Below, in pieces: positions 51,426 through 63,170 of a stretch of 64,000 nucleotides of DNA. The stretch lies in contig NW_026262712.1 in assembly GCF_021869535.1 (NCBI RefSeq), positions 24,614,001 through 24,678,000 of the forward strand. The letters are read 5' to 3'. The translations under genes and the position numbers were made by a program. The DNA comes from Mytilus californianus (taxonomy: Eukaryota). Under the pieces are notes generated by a model. It ran no database searches. It had not been told where the DNA came from and was given only the letters and a program-made list of their open reading frames with translations. Numbering within the stretch: the stretch's first letter is position 1; each line of letters opens with the position of its first letter.

Positions 51426-53358
51426 CGTATATACCATTGATAAGTTCGATCTATTCAAGTAACTGACTTTGTTTCCTCGTTCATGACATCATCAAATGGT
51501 ACAGAACAAGCCAAGAAAACGGAAACAAAACCCAAAAGGTCATTAACTGGAAACTAAAGATCAATCAAAACTACAAACAAATAAGTTAGACACAAGTCAA
51601 GTAGAATCCAACATCCTTTTATCTAAGTTCGACCCCTCCCAATCTTTTCTTCTGTATTTTGTTCTTAAACAGTTTTTTATGTTATCGTCGTTTTTCCTAC
51701 TGGTCAACGCATATTTATTTACATTCCACTAATGGTTTGATAGTAACTCATTTCTATCTCCTCCACTGTTCATCTAGTTAACGCTGACTTAATTGCACCA
51801 TTATTAAAGCAGACGTGTTCTTGTTTTTTTTAATCACAGTTTGTGGCAAAACTTAGAAAAACTCTTATTCCTTTTATATTAGTTTACAAATTACCCTTAC
51901 CGTTGCTTTGAGGATATTTTGACTCTTACTAATTAAAATTTAATTAATTTTTTCAACAGAAATTTTCCCAAATGGAACTTAACTTAAATAATTCATTCTT
52001 ATATTAACAACAATAAGTATCTTTATATAAAAGGTTATTCAGATTTCACAAGTGAAAATCAAAACAACAAATAACGATTCCAATGACGATGTTTCGTGTT
52101 TTATTGTTAATTTTTCTATTTCTTACTTTGATATTTATTTGTTCCCTTTTTTAAGGTATGTATATTATCCACGTTATTCGGTATGCTCAAATCTGTAGTA
52201 ACGTTTAAGATTTTAAATAAACCTAATATATGTATAACTAGTAAATAATTAAGTCAGGGATCTCAATACAACGAATTACTAAATACTTAGACGTTTGAAA
52301 TATTTGGCTTTTTTTTTTTGAGAAAAAGCAATACAGAAATTGCATTATGTTTAGTGGCCATTTTATATCAGTGTTGTAATTTCTTTCAAAGCTTTGTACT
52401 ATAATGAGCGCATTGAATTGTCAGTAGAGTTCCAATTTAAACTGAAAGATGTATAACATCCAAGAAAATGTTACAAATTTAAACACAGCATGTGTAGATC
52501 TAGATATAGTTTGATGAAAACATATTTGCAAATGATCTTACCTCCAATTTTAACAACATGAAGACATAAAATTAAGATTTCTGAATGCAAAACCATATTG
52601 AATATTATATCAATAATTTCCTGTATAAAAATATGACCACTTATATCTTTTCTCAACAGTTCATTGCTTTTCGAAAAGTTTCAAGTATAATAATTGTCGA
52701 TATTAAAAACTATCGATAAATAACTGTCCACATAATTACAACAATATTAAATACATAATATCCATAGACATTTATCAATTTGTTGTAATAGTTCAGACAT
52801 AGACTTCATGTATTACGTACAGATAATATTAACCTTTTATGAGCGTCGCTAACATTTTTTTAACACAATTAATATCAATACCTGTAGATATTTACTTACA
52901 CGTCAAACAAATAATGACATTTTATAAACCCTAACACTTCGTTCCGTGTCCGACAAAAATGTCAACACATGTACACGTAATTACTTATGTTTGTCCACAT
53001 AATTAAGCTAAAATTGATACTATAGATATAACCGAAGATATTCATCGACTTGTTGTATTCAAAGTGTTTAGACTGGGAAAGTTCTGTAAATAGAGTTTGA
53101 GTTGATAATATAGTTTGAAGAAAAAAAAACGCATTGATGTTGCAGTTAAATTTAACATAATATTTGTACAACTACTGTTCCAAACTGTCGATAACGTGAA
53201 TTCAAACAAAGTGAACTTTACAGGAGTCAAACCGGAGTGATTTAGGTTTTTGCAGCATTGCAATTTTTGTATTAATACAACTAACAAAAACAGTTAAAGG
53301 GATACTCACAGTCGAAAATACTTCAAAGCTGTGACTGAAATTATCATAGAGGTCTTAA

Positions 53359-54054
53359 AGGGGCATTAACTACGAGATACATAAACAAATCAAATTGTGA
53401 TTTTTTTTTCTTCAATCATTAATGAAAGTGAAATAGTGAAATAATAATTCGCTATTAGCAGCCAGTATGGTTAAATTGTGTCAAAATAAGCTGAGGAATT
53501 TCGATAATGCATAATTCACTTGCAAGTGAATAATTCGACCTCATTACGTCCGTATTCATGTGGACTTCAATTTAACCTCTTAGCTAGTGATGTATTATGC
53601 ATGATTGATGCGTGTTAGGCTATTAAAGGAAAAAAAATATGTCAACACTGAAAGTGAAACAAAGGTAAGTCATTTGATTGACTGATTCGATCCCAAAAAA
53701 TTCTATCTTATACAGGTAAAATCGAATATCACTTATTTTTTTAACCTTTAAATTGAAATCAAACAGACATAGATAAATCCATTTGCACGAGGTCCATATA
53801 TCTTTTTATATTTATGTTTATGTTTATGTCGTGTTTAGTGACAATCGGATGTTTTCAGGGTCATTTCGATAATCAATTAGATGGCGTCTTGAATAAAATA
53901 CACATGAAACGAAGCTACATATTATCGAGCCGTTGCCCTGTTAATTTTCTATTTTAGACTTTTTATAATTTGGATAAATGTTTTAAATTGTTATAAATCT
54001 GATATGATAATTTGAGTCAAATCGGTGAACATGAATTAGACAGCTAGTGCCCCT
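53359..54054 (-). mobile_element. TTAA-flanked MITE (Kolobok-like), inverted copy of 27246-27915
   Basis: TTAA at 53355-53358 and 54055-54058, TIRs AGGGGCA and TGCCCCT, and internal sequence collinear with the other copy. Confidence 0.88.
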
Positions 54055-55680
54055 TTAAGGCAAACATAACGATCAAATGCAGTCTGTGTTAGTCTTGAAA
54101 CGAAACAAAACACTTCAAAACATTTGGATGACTATGACTATTCTGCTTCTATTCGTACTAAATTGATTAAAATTGAACCAGAATTGACTCCACGATACTT
54201 GTTTTGGAAACCGTAGTTTTGAATAAAATACATTCAGTCACTGCCCGTAGACGTAGTGTAAAATTGTAGGTTACGAATAATTTATATATGTGAATTTGTG
54301 TGCAGAAAAACAAAACTCTGGCATGTTCGTTTTTAGTGCAAATGAAAATTGGAGGACATGATTTATATTCATATAAAATGTGAAAGATACCAATGGTATA
54401 ATCGACCACTACAGTGCATCATTTACAATCAATTATAAGACGAGGAACAAAGACAACAAGAACAAACAAAAAAACGCCACCAGATTCAGACCACAAAACT
54501 AAAAATTTAGCACTCTAATATTGATCTCAATAAAAATAAAAAACTATGTAATTCAACTCTTAGTTTTAAACTTTATCCTTCAACAGATAAAGAAAATATA
54601 ACAGGTGTCTTATACTCCGTCCGCAATTTTTGAGGGAAAATCAAGAACAAGCTATGTCTGCTTTATCAAATTCTAATGTCGATAGGATAGCGAAATTAGT
54701 TTTCTTTTATTGTGCTTTTGGTTATCTTTCCAAAGTAGTGAACGCAATTTTGAAGTATTTTATTTCCCTCAAGTCTCAATTCAAGATATAATGACTAAAT
54801 AGAGCATAAAGGGCCAAATATAATAATGTTACACTTGTAACTGCAATTTGATATTTAGTGGAATGTGAGAAGAAATGCGTAAAGACTCCTACAAGACTCC
54901 TGATAGCATGCTAAAGACTGATTGTTTTAATCTAAAAAACAATTGTATCCAATTTTCATAACCTTTGCAGAAATACTGTCAAATTTTATGTTTAACGAAC
55001 TTGATTATACATGAGGATCTCACGCGGTCAGCTCTATTCTATCATCTATTGATTCTTTGCATCAATAGATTCGTCGTTTATTTTTAAATCTTATTTCATT
55101 TTTTTTTTATCTGAGGACCAACAAAATAACATTAAAATATAAAATATCTGCCGATTTTTTAAAATTTTCACTATGTATCAATTGTATTTTTGGCGTCTTA
55201 TGTTAACGTGTTAATTTCAACAGCTCGTATTTTAAAAACAAAACCAATTGCCCCTGTTTTATTTTATTTTGCTAGAAAATGACAAACCTGATCGAGATTA
55301 TCTTCTGATAGTACTGTCAGGTCAATAGTGAACTCGAGAGCTTTTTCGCTTTCTCTTCTTGTGACATTACATGACAAACTCAAAGCCTCATTTATCTGGT
55401 TACATAAACAAAGCCAAAGTGTGGTATACAATATGAAGGACAAACAGGACGGGTTTTTTTTTAAATGAACACAGGAATACCTATATATACCGCTTCTGAA
55501 AACCTACGAAATTCAAAAGTATAATTTACCAACATTTAGGTAAACACAACCTTATATTAAATGTATAAGATTTCAACCCCTCAAACAAACAGAAACAACA
55601 ATAGCAGACTTGTTTTTGTACTGTTATGAATCACAGTTTATGACCAAGCTCAGTAAAGACCCGTCTAAATTGCATTTAAC

Positions 55681-56990
55681 TTTTCTGATTGGGTTCCATT
55701 AATATATCCACCAGAACTCGAAATTAAAGAAACAACAGACATGGCTTCATCCGCCTCATTTTTAGACTTATACCTCGAATTTGACATACACAGTCATCTC
55801 AGTACCAGAATCTATGACAAACGAGACGATTTTAATTTTGAAACTATCAATTTCCCCCACCTTCGTAGCAATATACCAACTTCACCTGCATATGGGATAT
55901 ACATTTCCCAACTTATTCGGTATTCAAGAGCTTGCAGCTCCTACTCAGACTTTGTAAAACGTCACCAGTGTCTGAGCAGAAAGTTGATGAACCAGGGGTA
56001 TGTCAAAGAACGTCTCGTCCTTTTTCTAAAAAAGTTCATCGGAAGGTACCAAGAACTTGTTGATAAATATTCCGTATCAACTTCACAAATAATACACGAT
56101 GGTCTTGATGTATAGATTTTGCGTACTGACGTTGTTTATCATCTTAATAACGTGTTATGGTATTCTTTTATTTATCTTTATTGATATTACTTTTACTGTT
56201 AAGTCTGTTTTTTGAGATATCCATTTGACGTGACTCTGTGCTTATGTATCCCGTCATACTTTGAACGACAAAATTATTTTATTTATTAATATTACTTTAA
56301 CTGTTGAGTCTGTTTTTTGTGATATACATTTGACATGACTCTGTACTTATGTATATTGTCATACTTTGTACCACAGAATTATTTTATTTTATTTATCAAT
56401 ATTACTTTTACTGTTAAGTCTGTTTTTTGTTATATCCATTTTACGTGACTCTGTATTTATGAATTCTGTCATACTTTGAACGACAAAATTATTTTATGTC
56501 TACCTGTGCGAATTTCAAACGCGCGATTTTACGTCAGTACTTAAAACCTTCCATCCTTTATAGGTGGATTTTACATAGATAAATAAAATCGTATAATATA
56601 AGCAAAGTGAGGATGTTAAATTTGATGTATGCCTTTTTGTGCTTTTTCGTTACATTTGTTTGTTTTTATAGTAATTAAGATGATAACACAATGTTGACTG
56701 CTATACGCCTATTTTTGACATTTTTACCTATTGTGTCTGTTTGTTTAGTTCACGCATCGTTGTCAATATAATGGAATTTGATGCGACTGTCATACAAGTG
56801 AGAGGTTTAGCTAGCTATAAAACCAGATTCAATCCACAATTTTTACATAGGAAAATGCCTGTACCAAGTCAGGAATATGACAGTTGTTATCCATTCGTTT
56901 GATGTGTGTTTTTTTTATTTTGCCATTTGATTTGGGACTTTCCTTTTTGAACTTTCCTCGGAGTTCAGTATTTTTGTGATTTTACGTTTT
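55681..56990 (+). mobile_element. PLE family A, 5'-truncated: RT C-terminus (ORF to 56115) plus 3' UTR and tail
   Basis: FSDWVPLIYPPELEIKETTD.ASSASFLDLYL...IYDKRDDFNF...PAYGIYISQLIRYSRAC...DV*. No endonuclease follows the RT. Confidence 0.9.
56185..56495. repeat. About 105-110-bp tandem repeat, 3 copies, inside the family A 3' UTR
   Basis: The unit tattacttttactgttaagtctgttttttg...gtcatactttg...aattatttt starts at 56185, 56290 and 56400. Confidence 0.9.
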
Positions 56991-57099
56991 AATTGATCAA
57001 TTCAACAACACTTACCGTTATGTTGATAATATTTGTTTCGTTAAATAATCAAGAATGTTTTAAATATAGTGCCGAAATTAACCCAAAGGAACTCATTTA

Positions 57100-58289
57100 A
57101 AAAGTCATATTTAAACGGTAATAACAGTCCTTTCCTAGATTTAGATATTTCGGATTTACACGGAAACTCCTGTCTAAAATTTAGGACAAAAGGGAATATT
57201 TTTCGTTCTCTATTGTTAATTTTCCCGTTTTGGATGTTGATTGTTGATGTTCCTTTGGCACCATCTATATTTCACAACTAGTTCGCTATGCCCGTGTCTG
57301 TAATCTATGTATTACTGGTAAATTATTCCAGGGATTTCGTTACAACAAATTACTTAAAACCGTTACTAAATTCTTCCATAGATATAAAGATTTGGTTTCG
57401 AAGTTTGTTTGTATCTGTAGAAAACCTTTTTCAAACGGGATAGCACATCCTCATTTTTACGGAAATGTTGTTTACCGTGCCCGGAAATTTTGAAACAATC
57501 CTGGTAAACTGATCGATCCTTTAAATGAACTTATTCTTAATGGTTACAAATTCAACACTGTGATTATTGTTTTTATTGGTATTAATATAGATTTTGTTAT
57601 CAGTAAACTGAAAGCAAACTAATTATTATTGTTATATACATGTGTACATATACACATTCATGGATCTACAATCCGTCGATACCTATATCTTGGCATTGCA
57701 CATGGTCATGTGTTTCTCTGACTGTTTATGACGTCTTTACACTAAATCCATTAGATGTTGGATGTGTACTGATTGATAATTTAGTCTTAGGTGCATGTGT
57801 CTTTAGTTGTTAGTGGCTTTGAACTAGCTGTAAATAACTGCGAGTACTCTCGAATCAGTACTTAGTGTCTTTTTTGTTGTTGGGATATACAAGTACCCGG
57901 CCACGTCCACTCTGTGTTTTTGTTAGATTTATTTCTTTTTGTATCCATCTGATGAGTTAAACCATTTTCAACTGATTTTTTATAGTTCGTTCTTATGTTG
58001 TACTGTTTTACCACTGTCCCAGGTTATGGGGAGGGTTGGGATCCCGCTTATATATTTAACCCCGCCAAATTCTGTATGTATGTACCTTCCCCAAGTGAGG
58101 AGCCTGTAATTCAGTGGTTGTCGTTTGTTGATGTGTTACATATTTGTTTTTCGTTCATTTTTTGTACATCAATTAGGCCGTTAGTTCTCTTGTTTGAATT
58201 GTTTTACATTTGTCATTTCGGAGCTTTTTATAGCTGACTATGCGGTGTTGGCTCTGCTCATTGTTGAAGGCCGTACGACGACTTATAAC
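57100..58289 (+). mobile_element. PLE family B, 5'-truncated and lacking its extreme 3' end
   Basis: PFLDLDI...DVPLAPS...QGFRYNKLLKT remnants plus the family B tail, which stops at acttataac. Confidence 0.85.
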
Positions 58290-58985
58290 CATTTGACGTG
58301 GCTCTGTATTTCCTGTCATTGTGTTATTGTTCTATGATAATTTTTACATTCTTATCTTTCATTTTTACCAAATGGGTTTGTCTATATGCCTTTTTGTGTT
58401 TCTTTATACGTATTACGTATCTCTGTACTTATACATTCTGTCAGTGTTCTATGATTTTTTTTTATATTCTTGTCTTTAGTTTTTGCTCATGTACTTTGTC
58501 TATATGCCTTTTTGTGTTTCTTTGATACAGATGACGTGTATCTGTACATCCCGCTATGTTATTGTGCTATTGTAAATTTTTGTTTTCTTGTCTGTCATTT
58601 TTGCTTATGTGCTTTGTCTTCATGCCTTTTTGTGCTTCTTTGTTACATTTTGTGTATAGTGGTTAAGATTATAACACAATGTTAACGGCTGTACACAAAA
58701 TTTTTAACATTTTTACCCATTTTGTCTGTTTGTTTTGATTACACATCGTTGTAAATATAATGGAATTTAATGGGACTGTCATACAAGTGAAAAATTTAGC
58801 TAGCTATATAACCAGGTTTATTTTTCTCCACAATTTTCTACATAAGAAAATGCCTGTACCAAATCAACCAAAGTTGTTATCAATTCGTTTTGATGTGTTT
58901 GAGCTTTTGATTTTGCCATTTGAATAAGGACTTTCCGTTTTGATTTTCCTCGGACTTCAGTATTTTTGTGATTTTACTTTTTGCG
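58290..58985 (+). mobile_element. PLE family A 3' UTR and tail with 3 internal repeats of about 118 bp
   Basis: Starts with catttgacgtggctctgta. The motif tttgtctatatgcctttttgtgtttcttt recurs near 58378, 58495 and 58614. Ends with cagtatttttgtgattttacttt. Confidence 0.85.
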
Positions 58986-59380
58986 ATCCTTAATAAATAG
59001 AAATTGAAGGCGAACGCGCATGCCTTGTGCAGGGTGTGAAATCAAACTCTCTTTTTTTCCAGGCTAGCGATATAATAAATGGAATAATTTGGGCACTCGT
59101 AAACGAGCTTACTGTTACAAACATTAAGCACATGTTTTTTGTATAAGGCGATAAAAGTGACGTGTTACTCACATAAGCTGACGATATGTTACTAGCAGAA
59201 AGTGACCTGTTACTAATATACGGCGCCGTTTTGTTCACATAAGCCGACGACATGTTGCTAAAAGAAGGTGGCTTGTAACCAATATATTGCCGTGTGTAAC
59301 CTACATGTATATAGGGTGGGGACATGATGCTAACCCATGGTTATGTTTATGTTGAGATTAATAATCATGAAAAGACAATT

Positions 59381-59620
59381 TTTATTGTATATTTTTATAT
59401 CAACTCTTCACAAATGTATTACCGATTCATTGGTAACTACTAAAACGTATTATTTTGTGCCGACCTAATGTGAATTGTCATTTCCAAATGATTCAAACAA
59501 TTTCTTCATATTTAAGCTAGATCTATTTTATCAGTATAACATGGTGTGTACCCAACGACTGTGCTTTGTGTGCTCCTAATATATCATTACCATGATTACT
59601 TCCCTTAGATTTATTTCCGG
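59381..59620 (-). other. Putative 3'-UTR exon 4 of the Gly-rich gene, with AATAAA at 59381-59386
   Basis: Strong acceptor tcttttgtttctatttacag| at 59621, and a downstream AATAAA on the minus strand. Confidence 0.45.
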
Positions 59621-60546
59621 CTGTAAATAGAAACAAAAGATAAACATATATAACTGCATAGATTTGGTTCATTGTCAAATATGAAAAGCTCAGACATGTC
59701 AATATCTTATAAAGTATCAACATGCACATTGATCAAACTTAGATTGCAACATCTAACAAGCATGAATGAAATATAAAAATTATGTAATACTAGATACACA
59801 CAAATCTCATTAATTCTTTAGTAATTCAATAAACAAATATGGATATTAGCGTGTTTTTACTTGCAGCGTTTTTTTTTTAATCTTGCTTTTCCCGGTCATA
59901 ATTTGTTTTCATTTGTTGAGTTCTTGTATTATATGTTTGAGTTATAATATTTTGATATTGTTGAAATATATGAATTTCATATTTCGCAGTTTTTTTACAT
60001 ATATTTCAATGTGTGATTCAATTTTGAATATTGTATTTAAAAGAGTATTGACCATAACAGTAAACAATTTGACATCCTTGATCTATTTTTGTACTTTCAC
60101 ACCATCCTCATATTTGTTAAAACATTCGTTTCTTCACACCTGTTCTTGTTTATATGAAAATAAATTTTAATTTCGTTCGGTGTCTTTCAGATCTCAAAAA
60201 TAAGACTGTTCCTCTGGTATCTTTGGCCCCTCTTTTTCTTGTTTTTACTTTGCCTTACTAAACAGCGATTGACTTCTAGACCAACCGTCGTAATCATTCA
60301 TAAAAAAAATATCAATCAGTCTACAATTAAATGACGTCATTCAACAATCGATTATCACATGGAGGTTATTACATAAGCATTGTTACTGGAAATGAGCGGG
60401 AAAATAAACGAATGTCATGGTAATCTATGATATTATTCTAAATATGTTTTCTATAAATAGATAATTCTACAAGCTTCAATACATTTCGGAATATATGTAT
60501 ATACATGTAAGGATATGAAAGATAAAATTTACCTGATTTATACAGT

Positions 60547-60590
60547 CTATCCTATGCGACCAAGAATAAATTGAAGGAAGAAAAGCATGA
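60547..60590 (-). CDS. Exon 3 of the Gly-rich gene: hydrophobic C-terminal tail (I)MLFFLQFILGRIG*
   Basis: Acceptor ttttcttttttcag|TC (phase 1) matches the phase-1 donor at 61393. The exon ends at 60533 with donor CAG|gtaaat. Confidence 0.7.
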
Positions 60591-61009
60591 CTGAAAAAGA
60601 AAAAAATACAATGTATAGTTATAATTTTCCCTGGATGATTGTACTTCTACAATATTCTAGTCCATTCTTCAGATTTTTTATTTAGATATATATGAATACA
60701 GGGAACAAAAATCGTCACGTAGGAATCATCGGCGCTTTGGGAATGGACCCCGTCGTCTTTTTTCTAAATATCTATTTTCTAAAGTAACTATTTTAAAATA
60801 TTTTAACCTATTTTCACTAATTCAAAGTGTTCTTGCTGTTATCCATACGATTTTGCATATTTAGCTTCATAAAAACTTTGTCGTGTACCTAAAACGTTAT
60901 CTGAAAAGCATGAATAATTTATTTATGAAAATAGTAATCTAAAAACATTTTTGTTTAAATAATGCAATAATAATGATAATAATAATTAGAATAATACCTA
61001 TGTTGTAAA

Positions 61010-61150
61010 AGAGAGGTGAAAGGTACCAAAGAGATATTCAAACTCATAAGTCGGAAACAAACTAGCAATGCCATGGCAACACGGACCCCAACAACAATGG
61101 GTGTGGTACTAGGTGCTCTGGAAGGGTTAGCATAAGCCGGCATCCGTCGT
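61010..61150 (-). mobile_element. Decayed PLE family C tail in intron 2
   Basis: aaaagagaggtgaaaggtaccaaagagatattcaaactcataagtcg...gccatggc...ctctggaagggt. Confidence 0.6.
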
Positions 61151-61393
61151 GATATTATGTAGTAATAATATGCAGCAGTTTTTATAAATATATAATGTCT
61201 ATTCATTCCTGAATGTTATGAACGTCTGGATGGGCCTTTGGGCGTCGTTCCTTCATTCCTTTTATTTGTTTAATTACTTTTAAGACCATTTTCTCTTTTC
61301 TTTATTTATTTTGCCCATTTATTCTCTTTTGTAAACCCTATCTAGAACCTCGGATAGGATATATATCAAATATATACGTGTAATTGAACTTAC

Positions 61394-61802
61394 TGATCAA
61401 ATTAAAAATGCCTCCGAATCCACCTCTACCACCTCCGAAAAGACCTCCTCCAAATCCACCACCTCCACCTCCTCTACGCCTTCCTCCTGTTCTTGCAATT
61501 ATGGCTGGATTAACTCCCTAATTTCCTCCTCCTTGTCGTCTTCCACCTAAAAAGTAGGGTACCGGGTAGTAATAAGGGTAATACAAGGTACCGCCCCCAC
61601 GCCTAGTAGGACGATAACCACTGCCTTTTCCATAACAGTTGTATCCACCTCCGCCGTATCCTTTGCTGTATCCTCTGTTGGATCCACTGCCGTATGATGC
61701 AGTACGTCCATCGCCATAACTACCTGCTGATCTTACGCCGGCAATGCATACTGCCGCCAGGGCAACACAAACACACAATTGAATCTCCGTTTTCATTGTC
61801 AT
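61394..61802 (-). CDS. Exon 2 of a secreted Gly/Tyr/Arg-rich structural-type protein, with an in-frame TAG at 61518-61520
   Basis: Acceptor tttatttggtag| at 61809. Signal peptide MTMKTEIQLCVCVALAAVCIAGVRSA, then GY/GS-rich repeats and YYPYYYPVPY. After the TAG the same frame continues GVNPAIIARTGGRRRGGGGGGFGGGLFGGGRGGFGGIFNLI to the donor A|gtaagt. Confidence 0.85.
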
Positions 61803-62122
61803 TCGTACCTACCAAATAAAGTAATATGAAAAGTTTTAAAGATAAATTGTAATAGAAATGACGTATTTTCATTTTCTTTTTAAGCGATTCAATATATTTA
61901 ATAATAGTACGGAAGCACATGTGTTTGTTTTGGTAAAACACATGTGTTTGTTTTCATCAACAGAATTTTAGAATACCTGTAATGTTTAAAATGGTTTTCC
62001 ATTGGATGAAATTTGTCGCATTGCTAATCTAAACAGGTATTCTATGTATCGTATGATTTTGGCTCGTGTTTCTCGTGCTTGTTGTTTGATATAAATTAAA
62101 TGTAATTTATAATGTTATTATT

Positions 62123-62480
62123 CAAAGTTCTGCTGACGAGAAAAGACTCCCCAAGCTGAAAGCAGAGCTTTCAAAACCATCAAGGAGAAGAAAAGTCGTA
62201 CTGAACCTTACGCGAAGCCTTCGGCTACTGTTTCCAGACCTCCTACTAATACTGAAGATATGCCTCATCAACAGTACAACCAGCCGCCCCTTCGGAGGAA
62301 AAGTCGACAAGAGGCGACTTCCTATGACATGTGTTATGAATGCCACCAATTTGAACACTGGAGGACAAACTGTCTCAATAGAAACAACATGCAATTTCCA
62401 CCAAGGAACAACCCAGCAACATAAGATAAAAGATAAGTATCTTAATTTAGAAGATGAATATTTGCTGCATGGGCACATGA
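62123..62480 (+). mobile_element. gag-like fragment with a CCHC zinc knuckle (DIRS/Ngaro-like tyrosine-recombinase retroelement)
   Basis: SSADEKRL-(frameshift)-QAESRAFKTIKEKK...CYECHQFEHWRTNC (CX2CX4HX4C at 62332-62373)...NPAT* (62424). The family assignment rests on the EKR...AE.RA motif, recalled from memory. Confidence 0.6.
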
Positions 62481-63104
62481 ATATACTTTTTCGAACATGT
62501 CATTACTACACTGAACTAGTGACAAGTTCAGAGATAAATTATTAAACTTTTGTACGTGAAGAGTTTGTACTTTAACAGCGAGATTTTCCATTTGTGTGTA
62601 TTTCCTTCGAGTATAAATCTGAACAGCGATTTTGACTGCATATACTACCTTGTTTTATTTGATGAATATTTTTTCTAATGTCTCGAATCTTGAAACGATA
62701 TTATGGTAAAAATCATAAACAAAAAAAGTCAAACTTGAAATCTTAATGTTTTACTACAAAAACTTGTTTTATTATCAAAATATAAAATGATACTTTGAAT
62801 TTATGTTATGTTTGAGTTTTGAGCACTGCTAATATGAAATTTATATAGTTCAAACTTTTTCAAAGTATCTCTTTATTTTGATTTACCATAACAGCGGCAA
62901 TTGTAATCGTGTAAGAAATAAATTTTGAAACTCAATAAAAATCAGGTTTTATCATATAAATAATGTTAGAACTCGTAATTTTGACTTTAACTTACAAAAT
63001 AAAATAGTTTTTATGTCAGCGTGGTCAAATTTTAAATAACAATACCTAAAACTATCTATTTGTTTTCCGAGCTTAAAATGTAATAGTAATAGTTATTAAC
63101 TTAC

Positions 63105-63143
63105 AGAGATGGAGCTGTGGTAAGTGGTTGTTTTCACACAGTA
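63105..63143 (-). other. Putative non-coding exon 1 of the Gly-rich gene
   Basis: Donor CTCT|gtaagt at 63104. The exon begins about 27-30 nt downstream of a TATA box. Confidence 0.55.
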
Positions 63144-63162
63144 ATCCGGATACCTATCATCA

Positions 63163-63170
63163 CTTATATA
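63163..63170 (-). promoter_or_regulatory. Putative TATA box (TATATAAG)
   Basis: Spacing to the putative exon 1 and its GTAAGT donor fits a TATA promoter. Confidence 0.5.

Noticed and set aside
51440-51556. Short exon-like stretch with weak similarity to 17200-17280
   Set aside because: The similarity is explained by the A/C duplication. The frames are short, end in stops and show no recognisable motif.
59523-59620. Coding last exon (TGNKSKG...ILIK*) of the Gly-rich gene
   Set aside because: It is phase-compatible, but the exon at 60533-60590 is closer, has strong splice sites and supplies a stop. This exon is more likely 3' UTR; an alternative skip cannot be excluded.
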